Below, piece after piece: positions 62,048 to 64,000 of a DNA stretch of 64,000 nt. Numbering within the stretch: position 1 is the first letter of the stretch; each line of letters opens with the position of its first letter. The stretch lies in NCBI GenBank assembly GCA_004022145.1, contig RCNU01000007.1. One strand, given 5' to 3'. The notes under the pieces are model-generated. The model saw only the letters and a program-made list of their open reading frames with translations, did no database searches and was not told the DNA's origin. The DNA is from Paecilomyces variotii. Its lineage: Eukaryota. A program made the position numbers and the translations under genes.

Positions 62048-63487
62048 TTAATCAAACGTGATCTTCTTTCCCTGGAAAGTAGCCTGAGCCGCCTGCTCCT
62101 TCGCGCGCTTCTTTGCTTCCCACGACGGATGTAGCGGCTTGTCATCTTGGGGTTTCTTTTGCTGGAATGACGGCCTATCATTATGACTCGACGCTCCCCT
62201 CTCTCCTGACCTGTGGGCCGGCCTGCCCGTACCAGGGCCGCTTCGTCCCTTACCAAACTTCTTGGCTCTGCCATCGGCATCGGGATCCATAGCTCCCTTG
62301 CGGACATCCCAGCCACTATCGCGGCTGTTTCTCTTTTTCTCCTGCTCCTTGCGAACGTGGTTTGCTCCGCTGCCGTACTTTTTCTCCCAGAGAGCGCGAC
62401 GAGCCTGTTGGCCCATGCGGTTCTTGCGACGGGGAGGTTCGTCGGGAGCAGGTTCATCTCCAGATTCGGAACCAGACCAGTATCCACCCATCATGAGAGA
62501 GGGGAGGAAAGTAGTGTCTTTGATGGTTCCTGTAGCAGAGGCCTTTTTGCTAGCTTTAACGGACGTCGCGGGAGGGGAGTCGGATTCTGAGTCGGATGGG
62601 GTGGGGGATAGAGAGAGATCGGCTGCACGATTGTAACGGTTTGATTTCGAACCGTCCATGCTGATATCGTCGTCGTCGTCATCGCCAGAGGCGCCTTCAG
62701 GCTCGGACTCGTCTGATGAGGCCGCAAGCCGGGAATCGAACTGGGCGAAATCGTCGCTTTGTATATCGGCCATATTGACATCCTCCGCACTGGACTCGTC
62801 ACCTGAAAGTGGTTCTGATCCCTGCTCCCTTTCATCCTTCATCTTCGACTTCGAAGCCTTAACTTCTGCCTTTCCATCGGCATCCCTCTCTTTCGAGTCC
62901 TTCGTAGATTTCGCACCCGGCGCGGCGTCCACCCCCAAAAGTCCCCTAAACCCGTCCATGATTCCCGGCATGACATTCTTTATGGGAGTTGACTTGAATA
63001 GACGCGCAATAACGTTCGATTCGGCATTGCTCTTGGGGCCTTCTATCGATAATTGCTTCGCTTCCTTGAACCGGACGAATGCAGGAGACTCTGCTATGCG
63101 CTTGGTTTTTGCTAGTTGCTTGAAGAGGTATCTTTGTGCTGTGAGTTCCAGATCGAGGGTCTGTAATATTAGATGAATTAGCACCATGATTTTTTAAGTC
63201 TCCATTCCAACGCATAGAAAATAACAGTACCATACCTTCAACACCTGCACTTCCTCCTGTAAGCGCGCCAGCGCCCCTTCGTTCTTCTCTTTCTGCGCAG
63301 TCTTCTGTCTCCGACCCATCTTCTGCCGCTCAAACCCTCGAGCGGTTTTCAGAGCGCGGAACAATGTCTGTATTTCATACTCGAATTTGTTCGTCAACCG
63401 AGTAACTCGCAGAACGGTCTTGCGCTCCTCGCGACTCTCCGGAGAGTCATTTGCATCTTCAGATTCGGCGCGCTTACGCTTCGGCAT
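62048..63487 (-). CDS. bud22: Bud22/SRFBP1-family ribosome biogenesis protein; intron 63161-63235
   Basis: MPKRKR start, ALKTARGFERQKMGRR, FLPSLMMGGYWSGSES, RKNRMGQQARRALWEKKYG, LHPSWEAKK, FQGKKITFD. Confidence 0.9.
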
Positions 63488-64000
63488 GATTATGATTATA
63501 AGGTGGGGGACTGGGAAACGGAATTAAGGCGTTCTGCAAAGTATGTATTGGTGAGGCTTTAAATTTTTGGTTTTTGCGGAGAACGAAGCTGGCGGCGGAT
63601 GCCAAGACTTTCTCCTTTGTCTTTCTCCGCTGGGCGACCGTCTCTGCGGGATTCCGACGGTACTTAAGCGCTAAAACTAAAACACCAGGACGGTAATACA
63701 TGGATGGAGTGTGTATCTGGACTGTACTACATTGCAGCTAAGATGGTTTCTGCAGTTTCTTTCATTCATTGAAGTTCAGATTGAGTGCTACAACATCACT
63801 GGGGACGTGAATAAATACAGTGCGCCAGCAGCCAACATATATTTCCCGTTATTGACAGCTACTCTGACTACTTAGTATCAACTTCATTGCCATCACTGAA
63901 CTATCAACTTGTCCGCATCAAGTCCTAGAATTTCGCAATGACAACTACGATCAAATACATCTTGCCCCTGATTTTCTTCTTGGGAGTCTACACCGTATTC

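Noticed and set aside
1-64000. CRISPR arrays, rRNA, tRNA, prokaryotic operons
   Set aside because: Intron-containing fungal DNA; no repeat-spacer arrays or RNA-gene signatures were recognised by eye. tRNAscan-SE/Infernal would be needed to exclude small RNA genes.

Overview
Eukaryotic DNA from a filamentous ascomycete (Eurotiales, Aspergillus/Paecilomyces-like), with about 21 protein-coding genes, most with short GT-AG introns, plus one pseudogene remnant. Left part, housekeeping and genome maintenance: 3' part of Tel1/ATM, a CofD/UPF0052-family gene, an Slx8/Rfp-like RING ligase, mitochondrial DNA polymerase gamma, a CorA transporter, NDUFAF6 and Rad5, then a decayed GH29 fucosidase fragment. 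Middle: a complete proline-utilisation cluster in the order prnX-prnA-[intronless P450]-prnD<>prnB-prnC, with recognisable PrnA, CreA and AreA sites. Next is a divergent pair: a dehydroshikimate-dehydratase-like TIM barrel and a 6-phosphogluconate dehydrogenase paralogue that keeps its catalytic residues but has lost three phosphate-binding residues and the NADP motif. This pair is the best candidate for an undescribed pathway. Right part: Rad14/XPA<>MTAP, beta-glucosidase BglF, a PDR ABC transporter divergent from a Zn2Cys6 factor, and Bud22. No rRNA, tRNA, CRISPR array or intact transposon was recognised. All identifications come from motif recognition by eye; no database search was run.
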